Assembly (NCBI GenBank): GCA_964633505.1
Contig: CAZWHC010000010.1
Span: 72,458-136,457 of the forward strand
Direction: 5' to 3'
Length of the DNA stretch: 64,000 nt
Source of the DNA: an uncultured Rikenellaceae bacterium
GTDB lineage: Bacteria > Bacteroidota > Bacteroidia > Bacteroidales > VadinHA17
Part shown: positions 1 through 9,452 of the stretch, in pieces
Layout of the letters: each line of letters opens with the position of its first letter
Numbering within the stretch: the first letter of the stretch is position 1
Translations under genes and position numbers: made by a program
The notes under the pieces: model-generated
Databases searched by the model: none
What the model was told of the DNA's origin: nothing
The model's input: the letters and a program-made list of their open reading frames with translations, nothing else

Positions 1-350
1 GTACTGACGACGTCTGGAAGGAGATAAAAGATCTTGATCCCAGAATCGGATTCTGCTTTGATATTGCACACGAGACGAGGCTTGGGCTTGATCCGATTGC
101 CGCATACCTGAAATACAAGGACAGGATCTACGATTTCCATATATGGGATTGTGACAAACCTGAGAAAGCCGGATGGTGTGTTGAAGCAGGTCGCGGGATA
201 ATCGATTTTCCGAAATTCTTTAAAGTCCTTCGCGATAACAACTATAGCGGCACCTGCAGTCTGGAATATGGGAAAGATATGGATGATCCATTGCCTGGTA
301 TTGCCGAATCGATTGGATATTTCAGGGGTGTTCTTGCAGGTCTTCAATGA
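1..350 (+). CDS. sugar phosphate isomerase/epimerase (xylose-isomerase-like TIM barrel), C-terminal fragment; 5' end lies outside the window
   Basis: The frame is open from the left edge (in phase with nt 3) to TGA 348-350. My translation ...IGFCFDIAHETRLGLDPIAAYLKYKDRIYDFHIWDC...IIDFPKFFKVLRDNNYSGTCSLEYGKD... looks like the C-terminal half of the AP-endonuclease-2/xylose-isomerase-like TIM-barrel family. The stop overlaps the next start (ATGA). Confidence 0.6.
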   Translation, partial: TDDVWKEIKDLDPRIGFCFDIAHETRLGLDPIAAYLKYKDRIYDFHIWDCDKPEKAGWCVEAGRGIIDFPKFFKVLRDNNYSGTCSLEYGKDMDDPLPGIAESIGYFRGVLAGLQ

Positions 351-1495
351 ACGGCAGGGAAAGGATCCTTACCGCCCTCGACCACAGGGAACCGGATAAA
401 ATACCATTCGATCTGGCAGGAACCACATGGACAGGTATAACATCGGAGGCATACAGAAAACTGACAGGACTCCTTGATATAACCAACAGGGAGCCACAAT
501 GGGCCGATGTAATTCAGCAGATAGTCATCCCCTCAGACGAGGTCCTTAGCAGGCTTGACATCGATACACGTGGGCTGTTTCCCCTTACAAGTCACAACTG
601 GGATGTTTACGGCAGGCTCAGGGATGAAGGCGCCAATTGGGAATATAAAGATGAATGGGGATTTATTCATCATTTCCCGAAAGAAAACGGATACTGGTTT
701 TCTATTGTCAGGCATCCGATGGAGAACATTCTGCCTGATCCTCGAATTATTCAGGCATATAACTGGCCTGATCCGTTGAACAGGGTGAGGATATCAGGCC
801 TGCGGGAAAAAGCCCTCAGGTTCAGGGAACAGGGAAAACTTGTGATGCTGAAAGGAATATGCGCAGGTATTTTTGAGATGCATCAGAGGTTCCGCGGAGT
901 AAGCAATGCTCTTGTCGATCCGTTTTTGTACAGCGATTTCTCCGACCTTCTGATTGGTAAACTCGCCGATATCAAAATTGCATTCTGGAAAATGGCCCTT
1001 TCAGAACTTGCGGATGTCGTTGATGTAATTGCTGAAGCGGATGATTATGGCACCCAGGAATCCCAACTAATCGACCCGGATCATTTCAGACAGTACTACA
1101 AACCGCATATTGCCAGGATCATTAAAGAAATAAGATTATCTGCCCCTGCTTCAAAGATCATGTTCCATTCATGCGGAAATGTAAGGCCGCTGATACCCGA
1201 TTTCATTGAGATGGGGGTTGACATTCTAAATCCGGTTCATATAAACGCCTCTGGTATGGAGCCTTATCAGCTCAAAAGGGATTTTGGCAGCGACATAGTA
1301 TTCTGGGGAGGAGGCGTCGATACCCAGAAGATACTAGCTTACGGTACGGAAAAAGAGGTTGTAGATGATGTAAAAAGAAATATTGATGCCCTTGCTCCGG
1401 GAGGAGGTTTTGTCTTTGCCGCCGTTCATAACATTCAGGCCGAAGTACCTCCTGAGAACATAATGGCTATGTGGAAGGCTCTTAATCAGTCATAA
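347..1495 (+). CDS. uroporphyrinogen decarboxylase (URO-D) family protein
   Basis: 382-aa ORF. The N-terminus MNGRERILTALDHREPDKIPFDL and the C-terminal ...GGGFVFAAVHNIQAEVPPENIMAM are typical of URO-D/MtaA-like family members found in Bacteroidota sugar loci. It is translationally coupled to the upstream TIM-barrel gene. Confidence 0.6.
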   Translation: MNGRERILTALDHREPDKIPFDLAGTTWTGITSEAYRKLTGLLDITNREPQWADVIQQIVIPSDEVLSRLDIDTRGLFPLTSHNWDVYGRLRDEGANWEYKDEWGFIHHFPKENGYWFSIVRHPMENILPDPRIIQAYNWPDPLNRVRISGLREKALRFREQGKLVMLKGICAGIFEMHQRFRGVSNALVDPFLYSDFSDLLIGKLADIKIAFWKMALSELADVVDVIAEADDYGTQESQLIDPDHFRQYYKPHIARIIKEIRLSAPASKIMFHSCGNVRPLIPDFIEMGVDILNPVHINASGMEPYQLKRDFGSDIVFWGGGVDTQKILAYGTEKEVVDDVKRNIDALAPGGGFVFAAVHNIQAEVPPENIMAMWKALNQS

Positions 1496-1522
1496 GTACT
1501 TAATAATAACCGTATTTATAAA

Positions 1523-1549
1523 AAACAGCGGGAGTTATTCCCGCTGTTT
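1523..1549. terminator. bidirectional stem-loop between convergent genes
   Basis: AAACAGCGGGA-gttat-TCCCGCTGTTT forms a perfect 11-bp stem flanked by A-run/T-run. It lies between the stop of 347..1495 (+) and the stop of the SusD-like gene (-). Confidence 0.65.
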
Positions 1550-1579
1550 ATAATCATTTCAACCCAGCTTCCTGTAATC

Positions 1580-3349
1580 CTAATTAGTCGGATATCCTGG
1601 ATTCTGAGGAAAATCAGCATCGATATTAAGGTCAATCTGCGACTGAGGTATTGGCCAGAGGGCATGATAATCCTGGATATTCAGTCCCGGATTCTTGGGA
1701 TTATTGTTATACAATCTAACTCTCTCCACGAGTTTACCCATCCGGCGGAGTGTAATATGCCTCCACTCCTCACCGTAAAGTTCCCTTGCCCTTTCGTCAA
1801 GGATATAATCCAGATCGACATCCTCAGGCAGTACTGGAGTTGCATTTGCCCTGGCTCTTATAAGGTTAATATCTGCTGCCGCAAGGTCCGGCTGGTTAAG
1901 GCCGACATATGCTTCAGCCCGAAGAAGTAATGTTTCTGCGAGACGAATTGCATATCTGTCCTTGTGGTCGTTACCACCTCCCGAGCGGGCAGGATCGGTG
2001 AAATAATGGCAGGGATCGGCGAATTTCATCCAGTAAGGATAGATATACTGGCAGGAATCCCTCATGGCATCTCTTGTACCGGCTGCGTAAAAAGAGGCAT
2101 AGTCGACCAGAAGATTGATCTTTTTCTTGTTGAATGTCGAAGCCGGATTGTCATAGTAGAAATTCCTTTTGATATTATATTCAGCGTTGCGGACATCATT
2201 ATTCCAGTCACTCTTCCAGATGTCATAGGCAGAATAATTGGTCGGGTGAACCCAGGCAACGGGACGGCCCAGAGTATCGGAATAACCTGTGTATTTTCCC
2301 GCTACCAGCTGGCCCCTGAAAGCTACCTTTCCGTCAGGAGTATTCCCGATTCTGAAATATGCAGGCCCAAATGTCCTGTTTCCTTCAACCGACCCTCCGC
2401 CTATTGTTGGCGGCGGCTCGACCTGAATAACCCATATGGCCTCGGTGTTTGTTCCCAGAGTCTGATTTCCGAATGCAAACAGATCATAATAGGGATCACC
2501 TTTCCCGAAGACCACGTTCTGTCTGTCTCCAAAGCGTGTGGTCATAAGGGCATAATTGTATCCGTCTATCACCTGAGTGGCAGCGTCGGCTGCAGCCTGA
2601 TATTTAGCCTGTGCAAGGTAACATTCGCTGAGCATATGCCAGGCGGCTCCCTGGGTAACCCTACCCGGTGCTTCTTCCTTGCCGGGTTCAGGCAGATTTG
2701 TAGTGCCAAATAAAAGGTCCTGTTCCATCTGTGCATAGACCTGGGCTTTGGGTGTTCTTGTAAAATCAGTTTTAACACCTTTAATTACTTCGGTTACAAG
2801 AGGAACATCTCCATAGGTTGATACAAGTATACGATAGGCAAAAGCCCTGAAAAACATCGCCTCGGCCAGGTATGCATTTTTCTGTGCCTCACTTGTCCAA
2901 ATGGCAGGATCGGAAACATTTATACCTTCAATAAGTACGTTAGACCTCTGTATCAGTTCATAATTCCAGGTCCAGAAATTTCTCAGGTAACCATTCTCCG
3001 ATGTTACATAATTCACATAATTACACAGGAACCTTGTACTGTTTGGATCCTCACCATGGAAAGCAATGTCAGAACCAAGTCCTTTCATTATAGCACCGGC
3101 ATCCTGATCAGTACCGTAGAACCATCTCTGACGGACTGAGAAATGAAGACCTGTAATTCCCTGCTTTATACCTGGTAGAGTCTTATATGCATTCTCAGGT
3201 GCAAGGAAGTCAAGCGGAGTTTCATCGAGTACATCTTCACTACAGGCAGGCATTAGGAGCAAAATGATGCCTGCATACAGTAAAAACTTCTTAGTAAACA
3301 GATTAAGATATCTTTTCATAACATTTGTATTTTTCTGTTTCATAATCAT
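1580..3349 (-). CDS. susD: SusD/RagB family nutrient-binding outer-membrane lipoprotein
   Basis: 589-aa ORF 10 nt downstream of a SusC-like gene. It has a lipoprotein signal (LLLMPACSEDV) and SusD-like size and composition. A more likely start may be Met at 3319 (MKRYLNLF...). Confidence 0.85.
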   Translation of the reverse strand: MIMKQKNTNVMKRYLNLFTKKFLLYAGIILLLMPACSEDVLDETPLDFLAPENAYKTLPGIKQGITGLHFSVRQRWFYGTDQDAGAIMKGLGSDIAFHGEDPNSTRFLCNYVNYVTSENGYLRNFWTWNYELIQRSNVLIEGINVSDPAIWTSEAQKNAYLAEAMFFRAFAYRILVSTYGDVPLVTEVIKGVKTDFTRTPKAQVYAQMEQDLLFGTTNLPEPGKEEAPGRVTQGAAWHMLSECYLAQAKYQAAADAATQVIDGYNYALMTTRFGDRQNVVFGKGDPYYDLFAFGNQTLGTNTEAIWVIQVEPPPTIGGGSVEGNRTFGPAYFRIGNTPDGKVAFRGQLVAGKYTGYSDTLGRPVAWVHPTNYSAYDIWKSDWNNDVRNAEYNIKRNFYYDNPASTFNKKKINLLVDYASFYAAGTRDAMRDSCQYIYPYWMKFADPCHYFTDPARSGGGNDHKDRYAIRLAETLLLRAEAYVGLNQPDLAAADINLIRARANATPVLPEDVDLDYILDERARELYGEEWRHITLRRMGKLVERVRLYNNNPKNPGLNIQDYHALWPIPQSQIDLNIDADFPQNPGYPTN

Positions 3350-3359
3350 TTATAAGTAG

Positions 3360-6300
3360 TTAAAATGTTACCCTGAAACCTGCAGTTATGTTTCTCATCA
3401 GAGGAGCATTTGTGTTTGTATTTCCATCTGTAGCATTCCAGCCCAGTACTTCCGGATCCCAGCCCGACCAGCCTGTCCATATATAGGGGTTTTTGCTGGC
3501 AATAAATACCTGAAGCGACTGAATATTAAGACGATCAAGAATGCTCTGACTGAATTTGTACGAAAGGGAAACATCCTGCAATCTGACAAAGCTTCTGCTC
3601 TGATAAATACCGCTTGAAACAGCCGGAGAGTTATACACTCCTGTTGCATTAGTAACTCCGTTGTCGGGTGTCCAGTATGGTCTTACAGCGGATGCGTTAA
3701 TTCTTAAAACGTCGTCGGAACGCCATGCAACGTTGGTGACTCCTGCATTATCGAGCCTGTAATATTTCTTTCCTCCCTGTATTGAATTTAAGAAGATAGT
3801 CAGGGTGAAATTCTTGTAGGTAAGGGTGTTATTTATACTGAACCGGTAACTTGGTGTCCTGTATCCAATTACTTTCCTGTCATTGTTTGGTTCGATGACA
3901 CCGTCACCGTTCTGATCGACATATTTAAACTGACCGGGATACCAGTTATTATAGGTCTGACCTGCATAAAGTTCTGCCTCGGTCCACATTCCTCCCATCA
4001 TCTCATAGTCGTAAATAGCGCTAATCGGTTCTCCGACGAACCACGAGTTGCCAACATCCTTATCATTTTCATCACCATAAAGCTTGGAAATTTTATCACG
4101 GTTCAATGAAAATACAAAGTTGGTTTCCCAGCCAAGTTCTCCAGTGAGGTTTACGGAGTTCAGTTCAAGTTCAATTCCTTTGTTGTCAATTCCTCCAATA
4201 TTTGTCCATACACTTGCATAACCAGTTGTTGGCGGAAGGGCCCTGCTGACAAGGACATCGGTGGTCCTGGCCTTATACAGGTCGAGTGATCCGTTTATCC
4301 TTCGGTCAAACAATCCGAAATCAAAGCCGATATTAAGTGAACCGGTTTTTTCCCATGCCAGGCTTGCGTTTCCAAGTACGCTCGGGTATACTGCAACCGC
4401 CGTAGCTGCACCGAAAACATATGCATCGGCAGTCATCCTTGAAAAGCTCGAATAACGGCCAATACCCTGGTTTCCGTTTTCACCATAGGAAGCCCTGAAT
4501 TTCAGATACAAACCTGGGATATTATCCATAAATGATTCATCGGAAACAATCCATCCAAGGGATACCGATGGGAAGTTTGCAAATTTTTGTGCAGGTCCGA
4601 ACCCTGAGAATCCATCCCTTCTTATTGTTGCTGTAAGCAAATAACGGTTCAGGAATGAGTAATTAAGACGGGCCATATAAGAAATACTGTTTTCCTTCCA
4701 TGCTGAGGATGCCACGGATACTGTAGTGCCAAGGCCTACATTATTATACCCCAGTACGGGATTATCAAATCCCTGTGCATTAATTGTCGAGCTTTCAGCA
4801 TTCCTGCCTTCCTGCGAATAAAGTAAAGTGGCATTTACCTGATGGTCGCCGAATGTTCTCACATATGTGAGAATATTGTTGTAAATCCAGTTTCTTTCTT
4901 CGGAAGGGATTTTGTATGCCTGCCCTTTATTGCCTGAGCCTTCAGGAACAGTAGAAGGATAAAATCTGTTATACTTACGGGTGTAAAGGTTATTGGAATA
5001 GTTGAATTCATATGTAAGTCCCTTTATCCATGGAACAGTTATCTTCGCATTACCGGTAAGCAAAAGATCATTCCTTATATCCTTATGATCAACATAGGTA
5101 TTATTAAGAGGATAAGGCATATAGGCTTCACCTGTAAGATACATGTCATAATTTGGCAGACCTATCTTATTGTTTGCCAATGGACTGCATGCCCTGGCAT
5201 TGCCAAGACTTGCTTCCAGGCCTGAATAATCGCGCAATGAATATGACGAATTTAAGCCTACGGTAAGCCATTCCGTAATTTTGCTCTCAACATTGGAGTG
5301 AAGGGTGATCCTGCTGAATTCATCATTTGTCTGAATACCCTGCTCATTTGTATATGATGCAGATACATAATAATTTGATCTGTTACTTTTACCCGACATA
5401 CTAAGGTTATAATTCTGGATAGGCGCTATGCGTAGTACCTCATCGACCCAGTCAATCTCATTCCCGGCAAGATAGTTGTCCCTCTCTTCCTGGGTCCTGA
5501 GCCTGGCTGCAACAAGGTCCTTGTTAGTGATATCGGGCCTTACTGGTTTTCCGGTTGCACTTGTAGGTTTTGTTTTATACCATGCATAAAGATCCTGCTG
5601 GTAATAATAGTCTACAAGCCTTACAGCATATTCCTGCGCATTCATGACCCTCATCGGATTATTCGTCATATCCTGGTAACCATAATACATATTGAAGGAA
5701 ATGAGTGGTTTTTCCGATTTCCCTTTTTTGGTGGTTATCAGCATTACTCCGTTTGCAGAACGAGATCCGTAAACCGCTGCAGCGCTGGCATCCTTCAGAA
5801 TATCAACCGATTCAATATCGCTGACATTTATATTACTTATTGAACCGTTATAAATAACACCGTCAAGAACAATAAGCGGTGCGTCACTTGCAGATAATGA
5901 AGTCTGTCCTCTTATCGAAAGGCTTGGATCGCCTCCTGCAAGTCCTGACCCCTGTACGTTTACTCCGGCAGTCGCTCCCGAAAGAGCCTGCGAAAGGTTC
6001 AGGTTTGCCAGTGTGGCTTTTTCATCCATGGATACCCTGACAACAGAACCGGTCAGATCGCTTTTCTTTTGCGTTCCGTAACCTGTTACAATAACTTCAT
6101 CAAGAGCAGTTGTTGCAGATTCAAGGGCAATATTCACAACCGTACGTCCTGAAACTGGTTGTTCGATTGTGTTATAACCAATGAATGAAAAAATAAGAAC
6201 TGCATTTGGATCAGACACGGCCAGAGAATATTTACCATCAGGACCGGTCAAAGCGCCAAGAACAGTACCCTTTACTATGACATTAACTCCAGGCATGGCA

Positions 6301-6476
6301 TCGCCTGTCGACTTGTCGGTTACTGTTCCTGTAACATTCATCTGCTGAAGCCAGGCTCCGTTCAGAGCACCTGAAGCTCCAAGCATAAGGGCCAGGATAA
6401 TGATCTTCAGGTCCAGCAAAAACCTTCTCAGATGCCCGAAAAAAGGCATCCCTTGATTGGGATTTTCTTTCATCAT
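3360..6476 (-). CDS. susC: SusC/RagA family TonB-dependent outer-membrane transporter
   Basis: 1038 aa. It has a carboxypeptidase-regulatory-like N-domain (VTGTVTDKSTGDAMPGVNVIVKGT), a plug region (DEVIVTGYGTQKKSDLTGSV) and a beta-barrel ending in an aromatic residue (...GFRVTF). Confidence 0.9.
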   Translation of the reverse strand: MMKENPNQGMPFFGHLRRFLLDLKIIILALMLGASGALNGAWLQQMNVTGTVTDKSTGDAMPGVNVIVKGTVLGALTGPDGKYSLAVSDPNAVLIFSFIGYNTIEQPVSGRTVVNIALESATTALDEVIVTGYGTQKKSDLTGSVVRVSMDEKATLANLNLSQALSGATAGVNVQGSGLAGGDPSLSIRGQTSLSASDAPLIVLDGVIYNGSISNINVSDIESVDILKDASAAAVYGSRSANGVMLITTKKGKSEKPLISFNMYYGYQDMTNNPMRVMNAQEYAVRLVDYYYQQDLYAWYKTKPTSATGKPVRPDITNKDLVAARLRTQEERDNYLAGNEIDWVDEVLRIAPIQNYNLSMSGKSNRSNYYVSASYTNEQGIQTNDEFSRITLHSNVESKITEWLTVGLNSSYSLRDYSGLEASLGNARACSPLANNKIGLPNYDMYLTGEAYMPYPLNNTYVDHKDIRNDLLLTGNAKITVPWIKGLTYEFNYSNNLYTRKYNRFYPSTVPEGSGNKGQAYKIPSEERNWIYNNILTYVRTFGDHQVNATLLYSQEGRNAESSTINAQGFDNPVLGYNNVGLGTTVSVASSAWKENSISYMARLNYSFLNRYLLTATIRRDGFSGFGPAQKFANFPSVSLGWIVSDESFMDNIPGLYLKFRASYGENGNQGIGRYSSFSRMTADAYVFGAATAVAVYPSVLGNASLAWEKTGSLNIGFDFGLFDRRINGSLDLYKARTTDVLVSRALPPTTGYASVWTNIGGIDNKGIELELNSVNLTGELGWETNFVFSLNRDKISKLYGDENDKDVGNSWFVGEPISAIYDYEMMGGMWTEAELYAGQTYNNWYPGQFKYVDQNGDGVIEPNNDRKVIGYRTPSYRFSINNTLTYKNFTLTIFLNSIQGGKKYYRLDNAGVTNVAWRSDDVLRINASAVRPYWTPDNGVTNATGVYNSPAVSSGIYQSRSFVRLQDVSLSYKFSQSILDRLNIQSLQVFIASKNPYIWTGWSGWDPEVLGWNATDGNTNTNAPLMRNITAGFRVTF

Positions 6477-6583
6477 TAAAATTAGGTTTGTTAGGTTAAA
6501 AGAAAGTTAATCTTGTGGTTGAAAATTGGGAAAAAGAAAATATCATTCCCCTTGAAAAAAGCAGAATATTTCCATAGGCAGAT

Positions 6584-6613
6584 TTAGTTAGGTCAGATAC
6601 TTAGTTAGGTCAG
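6584..6613. repeat. 13-bp direct repeat TTAGTTAGGTCAG x2 (17-bp period) upstream of susC
   Basis: Exact copies lie at 6584-6596 and 6601-6613, in the divergent intergenic region between susC (-) and 6733..7347 (+). It may be a regulator-binding site. Confidence 0.5.
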
Positions 6614-6732
6614 TAATACAGTAAATTTAACAATTTCTTTCTTTATTCCTACCATTTATTTCCATAATATTTTATGTATATCAGCGTTTTCCATTGACAG
6701 GGAAGTTGTTAATCTTAAAAAGCGGAGGGGAA

Positions 6733-7347
6733 ATGCGAAAGTTTAATAATGGCGGGAAAATTTGTTCTGTACTACTGCTTTTCCTGGTATTCATTCATCA
6801 ACCCGGAAAAGGCCAGACATCCATGCCTGAAATACTTTTAAAAGGCTCAATAAGGGAGCAACTGGATTTTATCCAGGAAAAGACAAGGATATATGAGGAT
6901 TATCGTGCAATAAGGGAAGATATGTTCCGTCAGATAAAAAACAATACTCTTGATTCACTGAGATCAGCCAGAAATGAAATTACAACCCTGAAAGATGAAA
7001 TGAAGGCAGGGACGTCGGAGATTGATTCACTCAATAACCAGGTCGGTTCCTTAAAGGCTGACCTTGATAAAATGACAAAGACAAAGAACAGCATCAGCTT
7101 CCTTGGAATTCAAACCGGCAAGGGAGTCTATAATACAATAATGTGGTCCATAATAACAATTCTTGCAGTGCTTCTTATAATCGGATTTCTGACCTTCAAA
7201 AGGAACAGGACAGTCACTTTAATTACAAGGAAAGAGATCGAAGACCTGAAAAAGGAATTCGAAGCATACCGGAAAGCTTCAAGGGAAGCACGGGAGAAAA
7301 TGTCGATGGCTCATTTCAATGAGCTCAAAAGGCTCAGGGGTGCGTGA
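6733..7347 (+). CDS. coiled-coil membrane protein of unknown function
   Basis: The track ORF 6694..7347 begins at TTG; the first ATG is at 6733 (MRKFNNGGKICSVLLLFLVF...). It has an N-terminal signal/anchor, a heptad-rich central part, one TM segment (IMWSIITILAVLLIIGFLTF) and a charged C-tail. Confidence 0.55.
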   Translation: MRKFNNGGKICSVLLLFLVFIHQPGKGQTSMPEILLKGSIREQLDFIQEKTRIYEDYRAIREDMFRQIKNNTLDSLRSARNEITTLKDEMKAGTSEIDSLNNQVGSLKADLDKMTKTKNSISFLGIQTGKGVYNTIMWSIITILAVLLIIGFLTFKRNRTVTLITRKEIEDLKKEFEAYRKASREAREKMSMAHFNELKRLRGA

Positions 7348-7363
7348 AGGCACAGGCTTCATG

Positions 7364-7386
7364 AAAAAATCCCCTCCTGGGAGGGG
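7364..7386 (-). terminator. rho-independent-type terminator downstream of 7452..9446
   Basis: The minus strand reads CCCCTC-CCAG-GAGGGG followed by ATTTTTT. It is embedded in a GC-rich repeat module. Confidence 0.5.
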
Positions 7387-7451
7387 CTGGGGTGGGTTAA
7401 TGTACAGGTCCGAAGCACAGGGCGAAGTGCCCAGTGATAAGGGATAATAAT

Positions 7452-9446
7452 TTATAATTTGATCTCTATTTTCGTACCGTTATTTACAAGAGAGCTTTTA
7501 ATTCTTTTCCCGTCTGAAATTACTTCCACAAAAATCTTATCCGCTTTGCGGGAAACCGATATATCTATTGTTTTTCCCCCGAAAGCAACAATATTTTCCA
7601 ATGTCATTCCCGGCCATTGTGAAGGCAACTGCGGTGTGATTGAGAATGAATGCAATCCAGTGGGTCTTATGCCGAATATTCCTTCAGTTACAACACGGCA
7701 ATACAGGGCGCTTTCAGCGGAAAGATGACGCTGGTTCCCCTCGGGCCATGCTTCAACAGCATAGGGCACGTGTTCTCCAAGAAGACGGTGTGTTGAATAA
7801 TCTGCAAAAAATTTAAGCCCTCTGTCAATAGCTCCGGCTGCAAACACGCCTCTTAATCCGTACAGCGTCGAGCGGTCCCAGAATGTACTGGTACCTGCCT
7901 GTGTCAGCAATCCCTGATCAGTCCATAACTTTGGAGAAAACAAAGCGTTGGTGGTACCTTCAGACCTGTCAAAAATGCCAACCGTAAGCGGGATACAGAT
8001 CCAGGAGCGTAATAGATCGTTGCCGTCGTAATATCTGTAAGTATCAAATCCATCAATCGTGGCACCAAAATATTTTTCAATATTTGCTTTAATTTCTTTT
8101 GCAATACTCAGGTAACCGGATATCTGCTTAGATGGTTTTTCGAGATCCCTCCCAAGACAGGCAGCAGAGATAAGTGCATCATAAAACAAAGAGGATGTAC
8201 ACAAATTTGCTTTTCCTGCAGGGAACCTGCCCTCAAGTTCATCACTGTCTGATTCAACGACTCCGGAATCATTTATTTTTCTTTTGCAGTATTCGATACA
8301 CCATTCAATAAGCGGCCACACCTCTTCTGCGGTTTTCCTGTCACCCAGGGCCAGGGCAAAACGTGATGCTCCATATGCTATCATAGCCTGATCGCCCCTG
8401 TCCCCTGCACCATTCCAAAAGTCAGTCCCTTCAGCTATTATTGAACTTGGGATGGGTTTATATTCATTATTCATGTATTTAGAGAACCATCTCCATGATA
8501 CCCTGGCTGCTTCTATGGCAGTATTGTATCCCGTATATGCAAAAAACGGAAAGGCATATTCAGCCTGGTCATTTGCCCATATTGCAGCATAATATGTTGC
8601 TCCCCCCGGACTATGGACAAGGCCGCCTTTGGTCTCATAAATGCTTTCCATCGCCCTTATTTTGGCAAAGTCGAACATTCTGTTAAGAACAGGATCAGGG
8701 GATCTGAACCTCAGAGAGCTGAACATCAGGTCAACGAATCCTTTCCTTTTAACCAGCTCCTCATCAGGATCCACCAGTTCAGGTGCTTTGCCGGCCACAT
8801 GACCTGAAAAAATCACTGAAAAAGTTATGCTGTCACCCGGATTCACCCTGTAAAGACCAGCTCCTGCTGATTTTGCCGACAATTCATAAATCCCATAGAC
8901 ACTTTTTTCAGGATGGCTTTTTGTGACCTTTTCGAAGTCCTCAACATCGACCGAAACCTGGCGATCTGAGGAGTTTTTCAGGGTATATTTTTCAATTACT
9001 GCCGGCTTATCAGTTGAAGGGAATAATTGACGCCTTATAATAATATTATTAGCCATTGACTCCACACTCAACAACCCTCTAATATTAAACCATTTAACCT
9101 GTTCATTTAATTGACGGTTATTGATTTTGATGACAGGAGCAGACTCAGGTCCGAAGGTGTACATAGTGTGGGCATGGGTATCATTCGGAATTGTCCTGAG
9201 CATCGGGAAAACGATCTGTCGCGAAAGCTGAAGTTTTCCATTATCGCCAACTCCGTAGGAGGCGATCAGCGACACATACTTTCCGCTCATTTCAATGTTG
9301 TCGCCATGAACATCACCTTTTGCTACTGTCCATGTGATACTACCATCAGGTTCAATATGCCATCTTGTTTGCGCCGGGAGCTGTACCGACGAAACAGCGA
9401 CGAGGATCATAGAAAAAAGAATCCTCTTAACCGAATATAAAAACAT
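7452..9446 (-). CDS. secreted putative glycoside hydrolase-like protein (six-hairpin/(alpha/alpha)6-like); family not recognised with certainty
   Basis: 664 aa with a Sec signal (ILVAVSSVQLPAQT). The C-terminal half has motifs such as YYAAIWANDQAEYAFPFF and GDRGDQAMIAYGASRF, reminiscent of six-hairpin glycosidases. It is the last gene of the 11-gene block. Confidence 0.4.
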   Translation of the reverse strand: MFLYSVKRILFSMILVAVSSVQLPAQTRWHIEPDGSITWTVAKGDVHGDNIEMSGKYVSLIASYGVGDNGKLQLSRQIVFPMLRTIPNDTHAHTMYTFGPESAPVIKINNRQLNEQVKWFNIRGLLSVESMANNIIIRRQLFPSTDKPAVIEKYTLKNSSDRQVSVDVEDFEKVTKSHPEKSVYGIYELSAKSAGAGLYRVNPGDSITFSVIFSGHVAGKAPELVDPDEELVKRKGFVDLMFSSLRFRSPDPVLNRMFDFAKIRAMESIYETKGGLVHSPGGATYYAAIWANDQAEYAFPFFAYTGYNTAIEAARVSWRWFSKYMNNEYKPIPSSIIAEGTDFWNGAGDRGDQAMIAYGASRFALALGDRKTAEEVWPLIEWCIEYCKRKINDSGVVESDSDELEGRFPAGKANLCTSSLFYDALISAACLGRDLEKPSKQISGYLSIAKEIKANIEKYFGATIDGFDTYRYYDGNDLLRSWICIPLTVGIFDRSEGTTNALFSPKLWTDQGLLTQAGTSTFWDRSTLYGLRGVFAAGAIDRGLKFFADYSTHRLLGEHVPYAVEAWPEGNQRHLSAESALYCRVVTEGIFGIRPTGLHSFSITPQLPSQWPGMTLENIVAFGGKTIDISVSRKADKIFVEVISDGKRIKSSLVNNGTKIEIKL

Positions 9447-9452
9447 AAGATT

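Noticed and set aside
1964-2713. 249-aa plus-strand ORF
   Set aside because: It lies entirely antisense to, and inside, the well-supported SusD-like gene. The sequence is low-complexity (many C/R/I/G residues) with no recognisable domain or signal, so it is an antisense artefact.
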